Source: Verrucomicrobiales bacterium (GTDB taxonomy: Bacteria; Verrucomicrobiota; Verrucomicrobiia; Verrucomicrobiales; V1-33). From it: DNA of 42,708 nucleotides. Positions within the stretch are counted from its first letter, which is position 1. Every line of letters begins with the position of its first letter. Positions 27,530 to 37,536 of the stretch are shown here, piece after piece. The translations under genes and the position numbers were made by a program. Under the pieces are notes generated by a model. It had not been told where the DNA came from. It worked only from the letters and a program-made list of their open reading frames with translations, and did not search any database. The stretch spans positions 1 through 42,708 of the forward strand of contig JANOAV010000062.1 in the NCBI GenBank assembly GCA_031411295.1, read 5' to 3'.

Positions 27530-27805
27530 GGTCGCCTTATGAACCTCGGTTGCGCCACCGGCCACCCGGCCTTCGTCATGAGCGCCAGCTTCACCAACCA
27601 AGCACTCGCTCAGATCGAACTCTGGAACAACCGTGCCAACGCCAAACCCGAAGTAACGCGTCTGCCCAAGCACCTCGACGAAGCAGCCGCCCGCCTCCAC
27701 TTGGAAAAGATCGGCGTGAAACTCACCGTCCTCACCGACGAACAAGCCGCCTACCTCGGCGTGCCCGTGAACGGGCCCTATAAGGCTGATCACTACCGCG
27801 ACTAA
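27530..27805 (+). pseudogene. ahcY: Displaced, diverged 3' fragment of ahcY
   Basis: [13 protein letters not shown]...KADHYRD; many synonymous differences from 25847-26122. Confidence 0.92.
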
Positions 27806-27972
27806 GCAGCCGTGGCATGGGCGTCCCGCCCATCAGCCCACAACATAGATCAAGAAAGTGGCGACCCAGCAACGGGTCGCCACTTTTTACGTGGCGGGGG
27901 CATTCTGCCCCCAAGCCCTCCACCAAAGGAGTCGGGGCAGCCTGCGCGACTGCAAAGCGAGGAGGCAGGAGA

Positions 27973-28051
27973 CCACTAATCTTCACTAACAAGACACTAA
28001 TAAAACCAAAACCATGGCCCGCGTTAGTGTGCAATTAGTGCCTATTAGTGT
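27973..28051. repeat. Palindromic element of three CACTAA / three TTAGTG units
   Basis: CCACTAAT..CACTAAC..CACTAAT followed by TTAGTG..ATTAGTG..ATTAGTG. Confidence 0.6.
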
Positions 28052-28123
28052 TTCCTTCATGGACAAGTTCAGCCCCTAGCCAGGCCTCCATTCGCATCGC
28101 TATTCTGGAGGCCCTCCGGATGA

Positions 28124-30202
28124 CTAATCGTCCACAATCGAATCATCCAGCCAGCGCGGGTGCATCCAGGCCAAGGCGGCAGCACGATCAAGCCGCAGCC
28201 AGTCTTGGCCAATGAGACGGATGTCCCAATGCTGGCTGAGCCCAAATTCGCAGGACTCTTGGTGGCTGCGCAGGGCTAGTGATTTTAATATCATGGACCG
28301 TGCTTGCCAGTTTTCCCATGGTAACTGCCGCATCAACTCGATGGTTAGGGGTGGATTCACCAGGACTAAGTTTGCCAGCGCCAGTGTCATGACCTCGCGA
28401 TGCATGCCGTTGCCCTCAACAATGATCCATCGAGTGGCCGGCTCTGGTTCAAGCATGGCCCAGCGTTCCAGCAGGAGTTGACGCACTTGGTTCTCGCGTG
28501 CATCCACTGGTGGGAGAGTTATGAAGTGATCCAAAAGAGCATGGATTTCGGGTAGGCCCAACGTCAGCACGGTTTGACAGAGGCTGGCTAGATGTGCAGG
28601 TGACTGCCCCGGTCGGGCCCGTTCCGCAAGCGATTGGCGTGTTATTGGAGGAACTGGCTTGGGATTCACGGGTGGAATGGCGGAAGGTCTGGTTTCGTCA
28701 TGTTTCACATAGCGTGCTGGCTTTATTGTCCTCGTGACTGGCAACGGCTTCTTGCGCTGGTCTGCATCCAACTCGGGGGCCGATCCGGCGGCGGCAGCGG
28801 CGGCCTCAGGATCGCGCTTAAACCATTTGCCAAACAAGCTACGGATCCACGTTTCCCGATCCTCCTTGAGCGTAATGTGGCTTGCCCAGGCATTTGCGCT
28901 GGCTCCATCGTGGTAGCCCCACTTTTGAGCGAATTGGAACAGTTGGAAATTTCGCGGCTTGGGCTCCTTGAGGCGCAGGATATCGTTGGCGAATTCGGCG
29001 GGAGTTTGTTTCAGCGGATCAAAGGAATCAACCAAATTCAAGCACGCTTCCAGCCCTGGGTAGCGATTAAGTAACTCGACCGCGAGTGCCGAAGGGATTG
29101 ATTTCATCCGTGGTGCCATACTGGCAGAGTGTGTCCAGGAACGGAAATCTTCGGGGAAACCAGATTTGCGGGAGTAGTAGGCAAGTGCAGCCGCTGGGTC
29201 ATGCGGATACCATGCTGCGGTGATGTCATCGTGTCGAAGCACGTATTCAGGCGTCAGTTGCGCGAGCACTGGCTGGATGAGCGTTGGGTCTTGGCGGAGC
29301 AAGGGAGCGATGGCGCGGGTGATGGCATACTCCCGATGATTCTGCGGGAGTTTTTCCCACCATTTCATGAAGGAGGCAGCATCCCGCCCTGCCAGCACCC
29401 AGCCCATGGCCTCCGGGACCAACGGTGATTGACCCTGCGCTGAGCTGCCAAATGCGGGCAGGAGCGCTTGAGCTTCCTCTAACTTAGAGCAGACGCGATG
29501 GGCGTTTTCCACCAAATGCCGCACGATGGAGAAACGCGATTGCTCAGATTTTGTCAGCGCAAACTGAACGATGGAGTTTGCAGGCCACAGGAACATCCAG
29601 TCTTCCTCCTCGCTGGAATTGATTTGATATGAAGCTGGTAAGAGCGCCTGAGTGACCTCGCGGATCATGGCACCTTCTGTAAAAGAAAACGCCCCTCCGG
29701 CAGATTGTCTGATTCCGAGGATAAATTGCAACCGAGCCTCCCCTTCCGGCAATGCTTTAGCGGTGGTGACCGCGGATTTCCAAACCCTGGCGCCTTGGAG
29801 CCTCCCTGCCTCAATGGCAAATAACGGATCCTGTGGGGATGGCTGCAAGGTCGGATGCGAAGCAATGGCATCGGTAATCCGCCGGGCCAGCTCCACTGTC
29901 ATGGCCTCCGCAGTGTATGGATGACCTGTCCGAGGGGAAGGAATGGCAGTCCTAAGTTGCTGTAACTCGGAAATGGATAACTGCTGTAACCACAGGGCAA
30001 TCTGACAGTCCACCAATTGAGAGTGCAATCCAGCATAAGGTTCCAGCGCAGCAAACACAGCCGCAAGATCCTGAGCGGGGGGCATCGGCAAGGGCACTAC
30101 GGAAACGCTCTCATAGCTGGAAGAAGGTGCCGCATGGCAGGTCGCGGCCCCTAAAAAAACGCTGAACGTCAGTGTGACAATAAAATGGCGCAAGCATATC
30201 AT
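28124..30202 (-). CDS. Secreted helical-repeat hypothetical protein
   Basis: 692-aa ORF with signal peptide; repeated W..xDP.AA.AW helical motifs. Confidence 0.75.
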   Translation of the reverse strand: MICLRHFIVTLTFSVFLGAATCHAAPSSSYESVSVVPLPMPPAQDLAAVFAALEPYAGLHSQLVDCQIALWLQQLSISELQQLRTAIPSPRTGHPYTAEAMTVELARRITDAIASHPTLQPSPQDPLFAIEAGRLQGARVWKSAVTTAKALPEGEARLQFILGIRQSAGGAFSFTEGAMIREVTQALLPASYQINSSEEEDWMFLWPANSIVQFALTKSEQSRFSIVRHLVENAHRVCSKLEEAQALLPAFGSSAQGQSPLVPEAMGWVLAGRDAASFMKWWEKLPQNHREYAITRAIAPLLRQDPTLIQPVLAQLTPEYVLRHDDITAAWYPHDPAAALAYYSRKSGFPEDFRSWTHSASMAPRMKSIPSALAVELLNRYPGLEACLNLVDSFDPLKQTPAEFANDILRLKEPKPRNFQLFQFAQKWGYHDGASANAWASHITLKEDRETWIRSLFGKWFKRDPEAAAAAAGSAPELDADQRKKPLPVTRTIKPARYVKHDETRPSAIPPVNPKPVPPITRQSLAERARPGQSPAHLASLCQTVLTLGLPEIHALLDHFITLPPVDARENQVRQLLLERWAMLEPEPATRWIIVEGNGMHREVMTLALANLVLVNPPLTIELMRQLPWENWQARSMILKSLALRSHQESCEFGLSQHWDIRLIGQDWLRLDRAAALAWMHPRWLDDSIVDD

Positions 30203-30414
30203 ACTCTACTCTCGCATGATCGATCGCCTCGTGTTGGGATAAATTGTAAAAGATGTGTCAGACTAATTGCATTCGCTACGCTTTCCAAAACAGGTTCACA
30301 TTTGTCCAAGCCCTCGGCGGCACGTTGGTAATCCGGGCGCGCTTTCCTGAGTGCGATGTGCCGATGAGGTTTGCTGGTGCGACCTCGTAACTAAGGCAAG
30401 GCATTCCCCGCAGT

Positions 30415-30654
30415 TTATTTCAACTGATCTTCGGCTGCGGGAGCTACGGTTGGGACCTTTGCCAGGATGGCTGCGATGTCCACGTGTTGGCCTCGGGCGG
30501 CTCTTTCTGCTAGATAGGTCTCTGCTTCCATGGCGGCAAGTTTCTCCCCCACGGCACTGGCGATGAATTGGTTCAGCGAGCAGGAATCTCGCTTGGCGAG
30601 CCGTTTGGCGTTGGCGTGGATGGATTCAGGAAGGCGGATGCTTAGGGTGCTCAT
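30415..30654 (-). CDS. Ribbon-helix-helix (HicB-like) antitoxin
   Basis: MSTLSIRLPESIH...SLNQFIASAVGEK...YLAERAARG; ATGA overlap with the PIN gene. Confidence 0.85.
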   Translation of the reverse strand: MSTLSIRLPESIHANAKRLAKRDSCSLNQFIASAVGEKLAAMEAETYLAERAARGQHVDIAAILAKVPTVAPAAEDQLK

Positions 30655-30959
30655 GGCTTGAGATGGTGAAGGAATTGAGAAGGCGTGAGGACGACGATGC
30701 CTAAGTCAGCAGCGCCCCGAAAGTCTTTGAGATTGAAGGTAACAATGTAACGTGAATCAGCTGCCAGCGCAGCTTCTAAAACGAGGTCGTCCTTCGGGTC
30801 AGGCAACATGGGTCGCCATAAATAATGCACCCGATGCTGGGTGGAAATGGAAACAAACCAATCCAGAAAATTGCCCACATCCTTGCGGGTTAGCGCGGCT
30901 GGGAGTAAGCCAGGACGATGCAGCACGGATTCGTATTCCATAATTAACGGAGTGGTTGA
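30651..30959 (-). pseudogene. 5'-truncated PIN-family toxin
   Basis: TPLIMEYESVL...YLWRPMLPDPKDDLVLEAA...IVTFNLKDF...LTPSQFL; N-terminal DTNV strand missing. Confidence 0.75.
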
Positions 30960-32552
30960 TCAGGGCGTGCGGCCTGTCCAAATCCAGCCGTGATTCTGTT
31001 CTATCTGGATCTTCTCACCCAGGTAGTCTGGATCGGATTCAATGGTCTGGAGGATTTCACGGATTGTTTTGTCGGTAAATTTTATTGTTTTCCTCGGACC
31101 ACCAGAGGGGAATAGCTCTGGAATTCCTTCATGAGAGTTCATCCCATGCGTGCGATTCATTGCGCTGCTGATTTCGCCTTTTTCTAACCAAGTGCGAACT
31201 TCATACTGGTGCAGCCGATCGTTTAGGGCGTTGTGTGGATCGTTTCCTCCTGGATTGGGATCCACCAGTCCCAGGTCCACATAAAACCGGGCCTGAACCA
31301 TGCGATGAATGCGCAGCGAGGCGAGTTGCGAAGGGGGCACTATGAAGTTGACTCTACGGAAGACGCCAGGGTTGCAGTCCTGATCATCGCTTGGTAACTC
31401 CTTTCCCTCCGGCGTAATCCCTACCACATCCAATTGGACTCCGTCTGGAACCATCAGGACGACGGTAGTGGCAGTTGTCGCCTGAAAATCTGATTTGGGC
31501 GTAAGGTCAAGCGCAGAGTAATGAGCTCCCCCGCTCGCATTTCCACCATAGTCGCCCACCAAGATGCGCAGCACTTTGACCTCCAAGTGACTATCCCGCT
31601 GACTAGCACCTTCCTGCAACGGAATCTCCAAGCCTGAACCTTGGCAAGCCCAGACTTTAACTCCCAGCCGTAGGTTCACAGGATGGGAAAATAGGATGCG
31701 TTGACGCGCATTAATGGGTTCATTTCTGCACTGCGGATACCACAATTTGTCTTCAGTTTTTTGTTCGATCGCTTGCTGGAACACTGAATGAGTCGCGGCG
31801 TCAAAGAAACATAGAAACGGATTGCGATCTAATTTGGAGGTTCCTGAGTTTAGGCTGATAGAGATTTCGGCATGACTCTTATGTTGGGAGCGTTTCAGAG
31901 AAGTGGCAGGAGCGCTGCTTTTGGGCGTGCCCCGATGGTCCACGTGGCGCAGCAGCTGAGGGCCAGCAACCGTATCGGGCAGCGAGATTTGAATCCCCTC
32001 TACAGAAAACGCTCCCGCGTCCGGAATGGTGATGACGCCATTGGGGCCTATGGGCAGGAAGTATGCCCCATTGGCTACCTCCGTTGATTCAAGGTATTTT
32101 TCTTCACCATAAGCGACCGTGGAGTAGAACTCGTAGTCAGTCCCGTTAGGGTTAATCTTGAGAGTTCGTGTCGGTGGCAGATAAATGGAATCCCGCGGCT
32201 TCTCTGGTTCATGGAATCGATGCCACGTATTGTTGGGAGCATCACGCACCACACTGGGATCAAGCCGTGCCTCGGCCAGCGGAACCCAGTCCCCGTAGTC
32301 TAGGGCGACAGGATTAAAGGCTAGCTTTGCTTCCAGTTCCTTGCTGGGCATCATTTTGCTCAGCGCAGTCCGAGCCCGCGGGAAGAATTGCATTCGGCCC
32401 AGCACCTCGTGCGGCTTTACCTTCCAGAACTGATAGCCAAAAGCCATCCAGAACAAAACCACAGGGGATAACACCCAGAAAAGGAACCGACGGCGTTGCC
32501 GCCTTCGTTGAAGTAGGGTGAGTTGAACGTCCTCGGAGACAATGGGAGTCAT
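30960..32552 (-). CDS. Membrane-anchored hypothetical protein
   Basis: 530-aa ORF; RRRQRRR followed by one TM helix. Confidence 0.7.
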   Translation of the reverse strand: MTPIVSEDVQLTLLQRRRQRRRFLFWVLSPVVLFWMAFGYQFWKVKPHEVLGRMQFFPRARTALSKMMPSKELEAKLAFNPVALDYGDWVPLAEARLDPSVVRDAPNNTWHRFHEPEKPRDSIYLPPTRTLKINPNGTDYEFYSTVAYGEEKYLESTEVANGAYFLPIGPNGVITIPDAGAFSVEGIQISLPDTVAGPQLLRHVDHRGTPKSSAPATSLKRSQHKSHAEISISLNSGTSKLDRNPFLCFFDAATHSVFQQAIEQKTEDKLWYPQCRNEPINARQRILFSHPVNLRLGVKVWACQGSGLEIPLQEGASQRDSHLEVKVLRILVGDYGGNASGGAHYSALDLTPKSDFQATTATTVVLMVPDGVQLDVVGITPEGKELPSDDQDCNPGVFRRVNFIVPPSQLASLRIHRMVQARFYVDLGLVDPNPGGNDPHNALNDRLHQYEVRTWLEKGEISSAMNRTHGMNSHEGIPELFPSGGPRKTIKFTDKTIREILQTIESDPDYLGEKIQIEQNHGWIWTGRTP

Positions 32553-32809
32553 GGTGGAGTTGGGAAAATGTGAGGAAATTGGATTCCGCTGATTTAATCA
32601 AGGTATTTTTGGCGGTTTCCTTCGAGCATTTCCTAGCGGTCAGTCATGGGAGGAGCCCGCCCGTCTTGAGCTAATCGGGCGGACTCGAGGCATGGGGTGA
32701 ACTCTGGGTTCAGCAAAAACCCGGCAAGCGCACCGTCGAGCAAACATTCCCGCCAATTTTTCCAAAAATAGTGTAACCTCCCGTTCCCGATGCCTCAGGT
32801 ATCGCTTGT

Positions 32810-34729
32810 ATGAATCCATCCTACCCATCCACTCCATCCCATTGTCCCCAATGCCAGGCACCGATTCCCGAGGGTGCGCCACAGGGGTTGTGTCCGCGTT
32901 GTTTAATGCAGGGCGTGGTCCAACCGACGCAGCCCGCCGCAGGTGGATTGGTGCTGCCGACGCGGGAAGAAATTGAGCTGGCATTTCCGGAATTCGAAGT
33001 GCAGGAAATGATTGGTCACGGAGGCATGGGCGCAGTGTTCCGGGTGCGGCAACGGAAGTTGGATCGGACGGTGGCGTTGAAAGTGCTGCCGCGTTCGCTG
33101 GCGGCGGATCCGGCATTTGCGGAGCGGTTCCATCGGGAAGCCAGGGCGCTGGCGAAATTGAATCATCCCAACATCGTGACAGTGCATGATTTTGGTGAGC
33201 AGGGTGGCTGGTATTTCCTGCTCATGGAATTGGTGGACGGCATTAACTTGCGCCAGGCCATGCAGAGCAATCGCTTCACGCCGGAGCAGGCACTGGAGAT
33301 CGTGCCGAAAATTTGTGAAGCCCTGCAGTTTGCCCATGGCGAAGGCGTGCTGCATCGTGACATCAAGCCGGAGAACATTCTGCTGGATGCCAAGGGGCGG
33401 GTGAAAATTGCGGATTTTGGGATCGCTAAACTTGGTGAGTCCGAAGGTGAGTCGATCACGCTAACGATGAGTGGAGCGCGCATGGGCACGCTGGCCTACA
33501 TGGCTCCGGAGCAGATTGAACATCCGGGGCAGGTGGATCATCGGGCGGATATTTATTCGCTGGGGGTAGTGTTCTATGAATTACTAACAGGTGAATTGCC
33601 GTTGGGCAGATTTGCGGCACCGTCAGAGAAATCCGCCGTGAATACCCAAGTGGACGATGTGGTTTTCCGCACGCTGGAGAAGGAGCGGGAGCGTCGGTAT
33701 CAGAGCGCGGGGGAAATGAAGACGCAGGTGGAAACGTTGGTGGGGCACAGCGGGCCAGCGTTGTCGGTGCCACCGCTTCCGCCTGCAACCGAGGCCAAAC
33801 CAGCGGGACGATTCAGTGGTCCTGGAATGGCGATAGGGTTGCTGCTGCTCGGGTTTTTGCTGAGCGTAGCCACGATGGTGAGCGTGTGGACGGTTCGACA
33901 AGGCCCAGTATCACAGCCAGTGAGTGGCCCAGTCCGCATCGAATCGCAGGAAGGGCAGCCACGGCCGGAACCGATCTCGGTAGACCACCCTCCAGTGGCG
34001 GTGCAGCCGAGTGTCAGTTTCTTGGCCCTGTTTGCCATCATGGGAGTTCCGGTCTTGATCGGCACGGTGCTGGGCTGGAAGAATCTCGTGCGACTCAGGC
34101 GGGCCGCTTCGCCTCGCTCGGGAATTGTGGTCGCCTCCATTGCCGCTCTGTTATTACCGTTCAGCGTGTTGTGGATTGCCATTGCCACCAACATCGAACC
34201 AGAGGGCCTGGCTTGGTTGGATGCCATCGCGCTAACCTGCATTCTTCTAACGTGGTTCTGTTGTTGGATGAATCCCCATCCCACGCCGTGGTCGGCCAAG
34301 GCGGTGCTGGCATTTACCCTGACGTTCGTCCCCATCCTCTGCATCGCTCATGGCTGGGAAGGGTATCAACGGGGACAGCAAGTCCGTTGGGCTCAGGAGT
34401 TGAATCTGCTGCAAGAACAAATCAACCAAACGCGGAGGCTCGCCAATGCAGGGCAAGCGCCCAATGAGATCATGCTGGAGTTGGAGAAACAAATGCTGAC
34501 GCTTCACGTGCAGAAGCGGCCGTCAACGCTGCTACCTTTGTCCAGTGCGGATCGCGCCTGCTTTGGCACCGCGTTGCTGTTCGCCATTATCAGCACCCTG
34601 CTGGGATGGATGGCCCGGGCTGATCTGTTGAAACCTAACTACCAGCAACGTGGGATCGGGATGGCCAAGTGGGCGGCTTACTTCTGGCCCGTGGCAGTGG
34701 TGCCGTTGCTCTTGCTATTGCTAGCGTGA
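32810..34729 (+). CDS. Membrane Ser/Thr protein kinase (Hanks type) with N-terminal Zn-ribbon
   Basis: CPQC..CPRC; IGHGGMGAVF, VALKVL, HRDIKPEN, DFGIAK, YMAPEQ; multiple C-terminal TM helices. Confidence 0.95.
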   Translation: MNPSYPSTPSHCPQCQAPIPEGAPQGLCPRCLMQGVVQPTQPAAGGLVLPTREEIELAFPEFEVQEMIGHGGMGAVFRVRQRKLDRTVALKVLPRSLAADPAFAERFHREARALAKLNHPNIVTVHDFGEQGGWYFLLMELVDGINLRQAMQSNRFTPEQALEIVPKICEALQFAHGEGVLHRDIKPENILLDAKGRVKIADFGIAKLGESEGESITLTMSGARMGTLAYMAPEQIEHPGQVDHRADIYSLGVVFYELLTGELPLGRFAAPSEKSAVNTQVDDVVFRTLEKERERRYQSAGEMKTQVETLVGHSGPALSVPPLPPATEAKPAGRFSGPGMAIGLLLLGFLLSVATMVSVWTVRQGPVSQPVSGPVRIESQEGQPRPEPISVDHPPVAVQPSVSFLALFAIMGVPVLIGTVLGWKNLVRLRRAASPRSGIVVASIAALLLPFSVLWIAIATNIEPEGLAWLDAIALTCILLTWFCCWMNPHPTPWSAKAVLAFTLTFVPILCIAHGWEGYQRGQQVRWAQELNLLQEQINQTRRLANAGQAPNEIMLELEKQMLTLHVQKRPSTLLPLSSADRACFGTALLFAIISTLLGWMARADLLKPNYQQRGIGMAKWAAYFWPVAVVPLLLLLLA

Positions 34730-34751
34730 ACTCCCTCCTGTTCCTTCTCGC

Positions 34752-35474
34752 ATGAATTCCACGCCTGATCATTTCTCTCCCACGCGCTGGACGCTGGTCG
34801 TGCGGGCGGGAAAGGACGACTCGGCGGGCCAGGCGGCTTTGGCGGATTTATGTGAGGCGTATTGGCAGCCGGTGTTCCGATTTCTGCGCAGCGAGGGCAG
34901 GTCTGATGATGCCTCCCGGGAGTTGACGCAGGAATTCTTCGCCCGCTTGCTGAAATCACGAAACCTAGGTGGAGCTGATCCTAGCATGGGAAAATTTCGC
35001 ACTTACCTGCTGGGGGCGGTGAAACATTTTCTAGCCGATGAACGCGATAAAGCGCTGCGCCAGAAGCGCGGCGGAGGAATTGACCCGGAACCGTTGCCCA
35101 ATGAAGCCACCAGTGTCAGTGGCCCGGGGGTGGCAAATCCGATTGCGCCTACGGCTGATACTTACTTCGATCGCGAGTGGGCGTTGCTGATCTTGAGTCG
35201 GGCGCTGACTTTATTGGAGGAAGAAATGAGCGCAGCAGGCAAAACGGCAACGTTTGCGGTGCTCAAGCCATGGCTCACCGGAGCCTCAGCTGATCTCACC
35301 CAAGCACAGGCCGCCTCCCAACTAAACCTGAATCAAGGCGCAGTGAAGGTAGCGATTCATCGGCTCAGACAACGGTATCGAGAAGCCGTCAGGGCAGAGA
35401 TAGCGGCCACGGTGGTTGCGCCTGAAGAGGTGGATCAGGAAGTGCGCTATTTGGTGGAAGTTCTTTCCAGTTAG
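34752..35474 (+). CDS. ECF sigma factor of the kinase-associated PVC type
   Basis: FSPTRWTLV, LCEAYWQPVF, LTQEFF, GKFRTYL, KRGGG, FDREWA, VKVAIHRLRQRY. Confidence 0.92.
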   Translation: MNSTPDHFSPTRWTLVVRAGKDDSAGQAALADLCEAYWQPVFRFLRSEGRSDDASRELTQEFFARLLKSRNLGGADPSMGKFRTYLLGAVKHFLADERDKALRQKRGGGIDPEPLPNEATSVSGPGVANPIAPTADTYFDREWALLILSRALTLLEEEMSAAGKTATFAVLKPWLTGASADLTQAQAASQLNLNQGAVKVAIHRLRQRYREAVRAEIAATVVAPEEVDQEVRYLVEVLSS

Positions 35475-35479
35475 AGCTT

Positions 35480-35905
35480 GTGACATGCCGTGGAAGGACT
35501 ACCAATGTTACTAAATCTGAGCAGCATCCATCTGCCCTTTACTCATGGAAAAAAAAAATCGATATCCTATTTGCTATAGAGACGGTTATCCTCATGTGGA
35601 TTGTAATTGCGCTTTATTGGCTGGAGCAAACACTGCCGCCCTCCCTGCTGATGACGGAATTTTTAGGCTTATGGGTAAGCGCAGTAATTTACCTTGGGTT
35701 GGCGCTGAGATCGCAGGAATCAAGCTTCAGGAAAGATTGCTTCCGTAGTTGCCGTGCGTGTTGTGTGGGCGGCACCTTGTTCATAAGCCATGTGGCGATC
35801 AACGATGCGTTCAAGATGAGATCTTATCAGATTCAAGCCGGAGGCTTGACAGAAATTAGCCGGGGGTTGAGCGCTAGCGATACCCCCGGTATCCCAACGA
35901 AGTGA
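35480..35905 (+). CDS. Hypothetical membrane protein whose 3' end runs into a palindromic element
   Basis: Three hydrophobic segments; last codons derive from the repeat. Confidence 0.35.
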   Translation: MTCRGRTTNVTKSEQHPSALYSWKKKIDILFAIETVILMWIVIALYWLEQTLPPSLLMTEFLGLWVSAVIYLGLALRSQESSFRKDCFRSCRACCVGGTLFISHVAINDAFKMRSYQIQAGGLTEISRGLSASDTPGIPTK

Positions 35906-36046
35906 CCGCATCCCGGCAGGGATGCCAGAATAGGATCGTGCCATGCCATTTCGGCTCATATTGCTGATCTGGCATCCCTGCCGGGATGCGATTCTTTTGA
36001 GCCTCTAACGGGGGTATCGCTAGCGCTCAACCCCCGGCTAATTTCT
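35851..36046. mobile_element. REPIN/MITE-like nested palindrome
   Basis: Perfect 38-bp IR 35851-35888 vs 36009-36046; perfect 23-bp IR 35907-35929 vs 35968-35990. Confidence 0.8.
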
Positions 36047-36125
36047 TAGATCCTTCCAGGATCACCTCATCTTGAACGCTAATTGTAATTAACTGGAAGC
36101 AAAGCCTGCACCACTTTTTAGCTAG

Positions 36126-37529
36126 CTAGGCAAGAATAGGCGCAATCACATGCCCCTTGATATCTGTTAGTCGATAATCCCGGCCTTGGAAGCGATAGGT
36201 TAGCTTGGTGTGCTCGATGCCCATGAGATGTTGCATGGTGGCGTGGAGGTCGTGGACTTCGACGGGGTTTTCGATGGCTTGGTAGCCGAGTTCATCGGTG
36301 GCTCCGTAGCTGATGCCAGGCTTCACGCCGCCGCCAGCCATCCAGATGCTGAAGCCTTTGTTGTGGTGATCCCGGCCACTGCCCTGGGACATGGGCGTGC
36401 GACCAAATTCTCCGCCCCAGATGACAAGCGTGTCTTGCAGCATGCCACGTTGTTTCAGATCAGTGAGGAGCGCCATGCAGGCGCGGTCGATTTCCTCGGA
36501 TTTGTAAGTGATGCCTTGTTTGATATCGCCATGATGGTCCCAGTCCTTGTGGTAGAGTTGGATAAAGCGCACGCCCCGTTCGGCTAGTCTGCGAGCCAGC
36601 AGGCAATTGTAGGCGAAGCTGCCATCGCCTGGCTTGCAGCCGTAGAGATCCATCACTGCCGCAGGTTCCTTGGCCAAGTCCATCAATTCAGGCACGCTGG
36701 TCTGCATTTGAAACGCCATTTCATACTGGGCAATCCGAGTGGCAATCTCGGGGTCGTGGACGGTGGCGTTATGTTCTCCGTTGAGCTGATTGATCGTTTT
36801 GATTACATCTTCCTGCCGATTGGCACTAACCCCGGGAGGCGCGTTGAGATACATGACGGGATCTCCTTTGCCACGCAAATGGACGCCCTGGTAACGGCTC
36901 GGCAGAAAGCCGCTGGCCCATTGGCGCGCGGCAATTGGTTGGTTCTGCCCGCCCCGGCCGTGCGATGTTAGGACGACGAAGCCCGGTAAATTCTGCGACT
37001 CGGTGCCCAGTCCATAAGTGGCCCAAGCGCCCATGCTGGGACGACCGGCAATTTGCGATCCGGTGTTCATGAACATGTGGGCCGGATCGTGATTGATGGC
37101 ATCGGAGGTCACGGAGCGGATGATGCAGAGTTCATCCGCCATGGTTCCCAGTTGCGGCAGCAGGGAACTAAATTCCTGGCCGGATTTACCATATTTCTGG
37201 AACGGGTGCTGGGGCGCAAAGCACTTCAATTTTTGACCCTGAAGCTGCGCGATTTGCTGCCCCTTGGTCATGCTTTCGGGCATCGGTTGGCCGTCCATTT
37301 TTGCCAGCACTGGCTTGTAGTCGAAGGTCTCCAAATGCGATGGTCCGCCCGCCATGCTCAGGAAAATGACGCGCTTGGCCTTCGGGGGAAGGTGCGGGGC
37401 GCTCAGCACGCCAGGGGTTCCGGCGGCTTTGGCGTCGAGGCCCATCAGATTGGCCAGTGCGGCGGCTCCGAATCCGTAGGTGGCCCTGCTGAGGAAAGCC
37501 CGGCGGTGTAGGGTTGAATAAGGTGTCAT
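36126..37529 (-). CDS. DUF1501 family protein (Tat-type signal)
   Basis: RRAFL; AKRVIFLSMAGGPSHLETFD; RPSMGAW; CLLARRLAERGVRF; GEFGRTP; GRDH. Confidence 0.93.
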   Translation of the reverse strand: MTPYSTLHRRAFLSRATYGFGAAALANLMGLDAKAAGTPGVLSAPHLPPKAKRVIFLSMAGGPSHLETFDYKPVLAKMDGQPMPESMTKGQQIAQLQGQKLKCFAPQHPFQKYGKSGQEFSSLLPQLGTMADELCIIRSVTSDAINHDPAHMFMNTGSQIAGRPSMGAWATYGLGTESQNLPGFVVLTSHGRGGQNQPIAARQWASGFLPSRYQGVHLRGKGDPVMYLNAPPGVSANRQEDVIKTINQLNGEHNATVHDPEIATRIAQYEMAFQMQTSVPELMDLAKEPAAVMDLYGCKPGDGSFAYNCLLARRLAERGVRFIQLYHKDWDHHGDIKQGITYKSEEIDRACMALLTDLKQRGMLQDTLVIWGGEFGRTPMSQGSGRDHHNKGFSIWMAGGGVKPGISYGATDELGYQAIENPVEVHDLHATMQHLMGIEHTKLTYRFQGRDYRLTDIKGHVIAPILA

Positions 37530-37536
37530 GGGAAAG

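Noticed and set aside
25847..27950. DGR, or attL/attR of a site-specific integrative element
   Set aside because: Substitutions are mostly synonymous; repeats are long and diverged; no integrase between them
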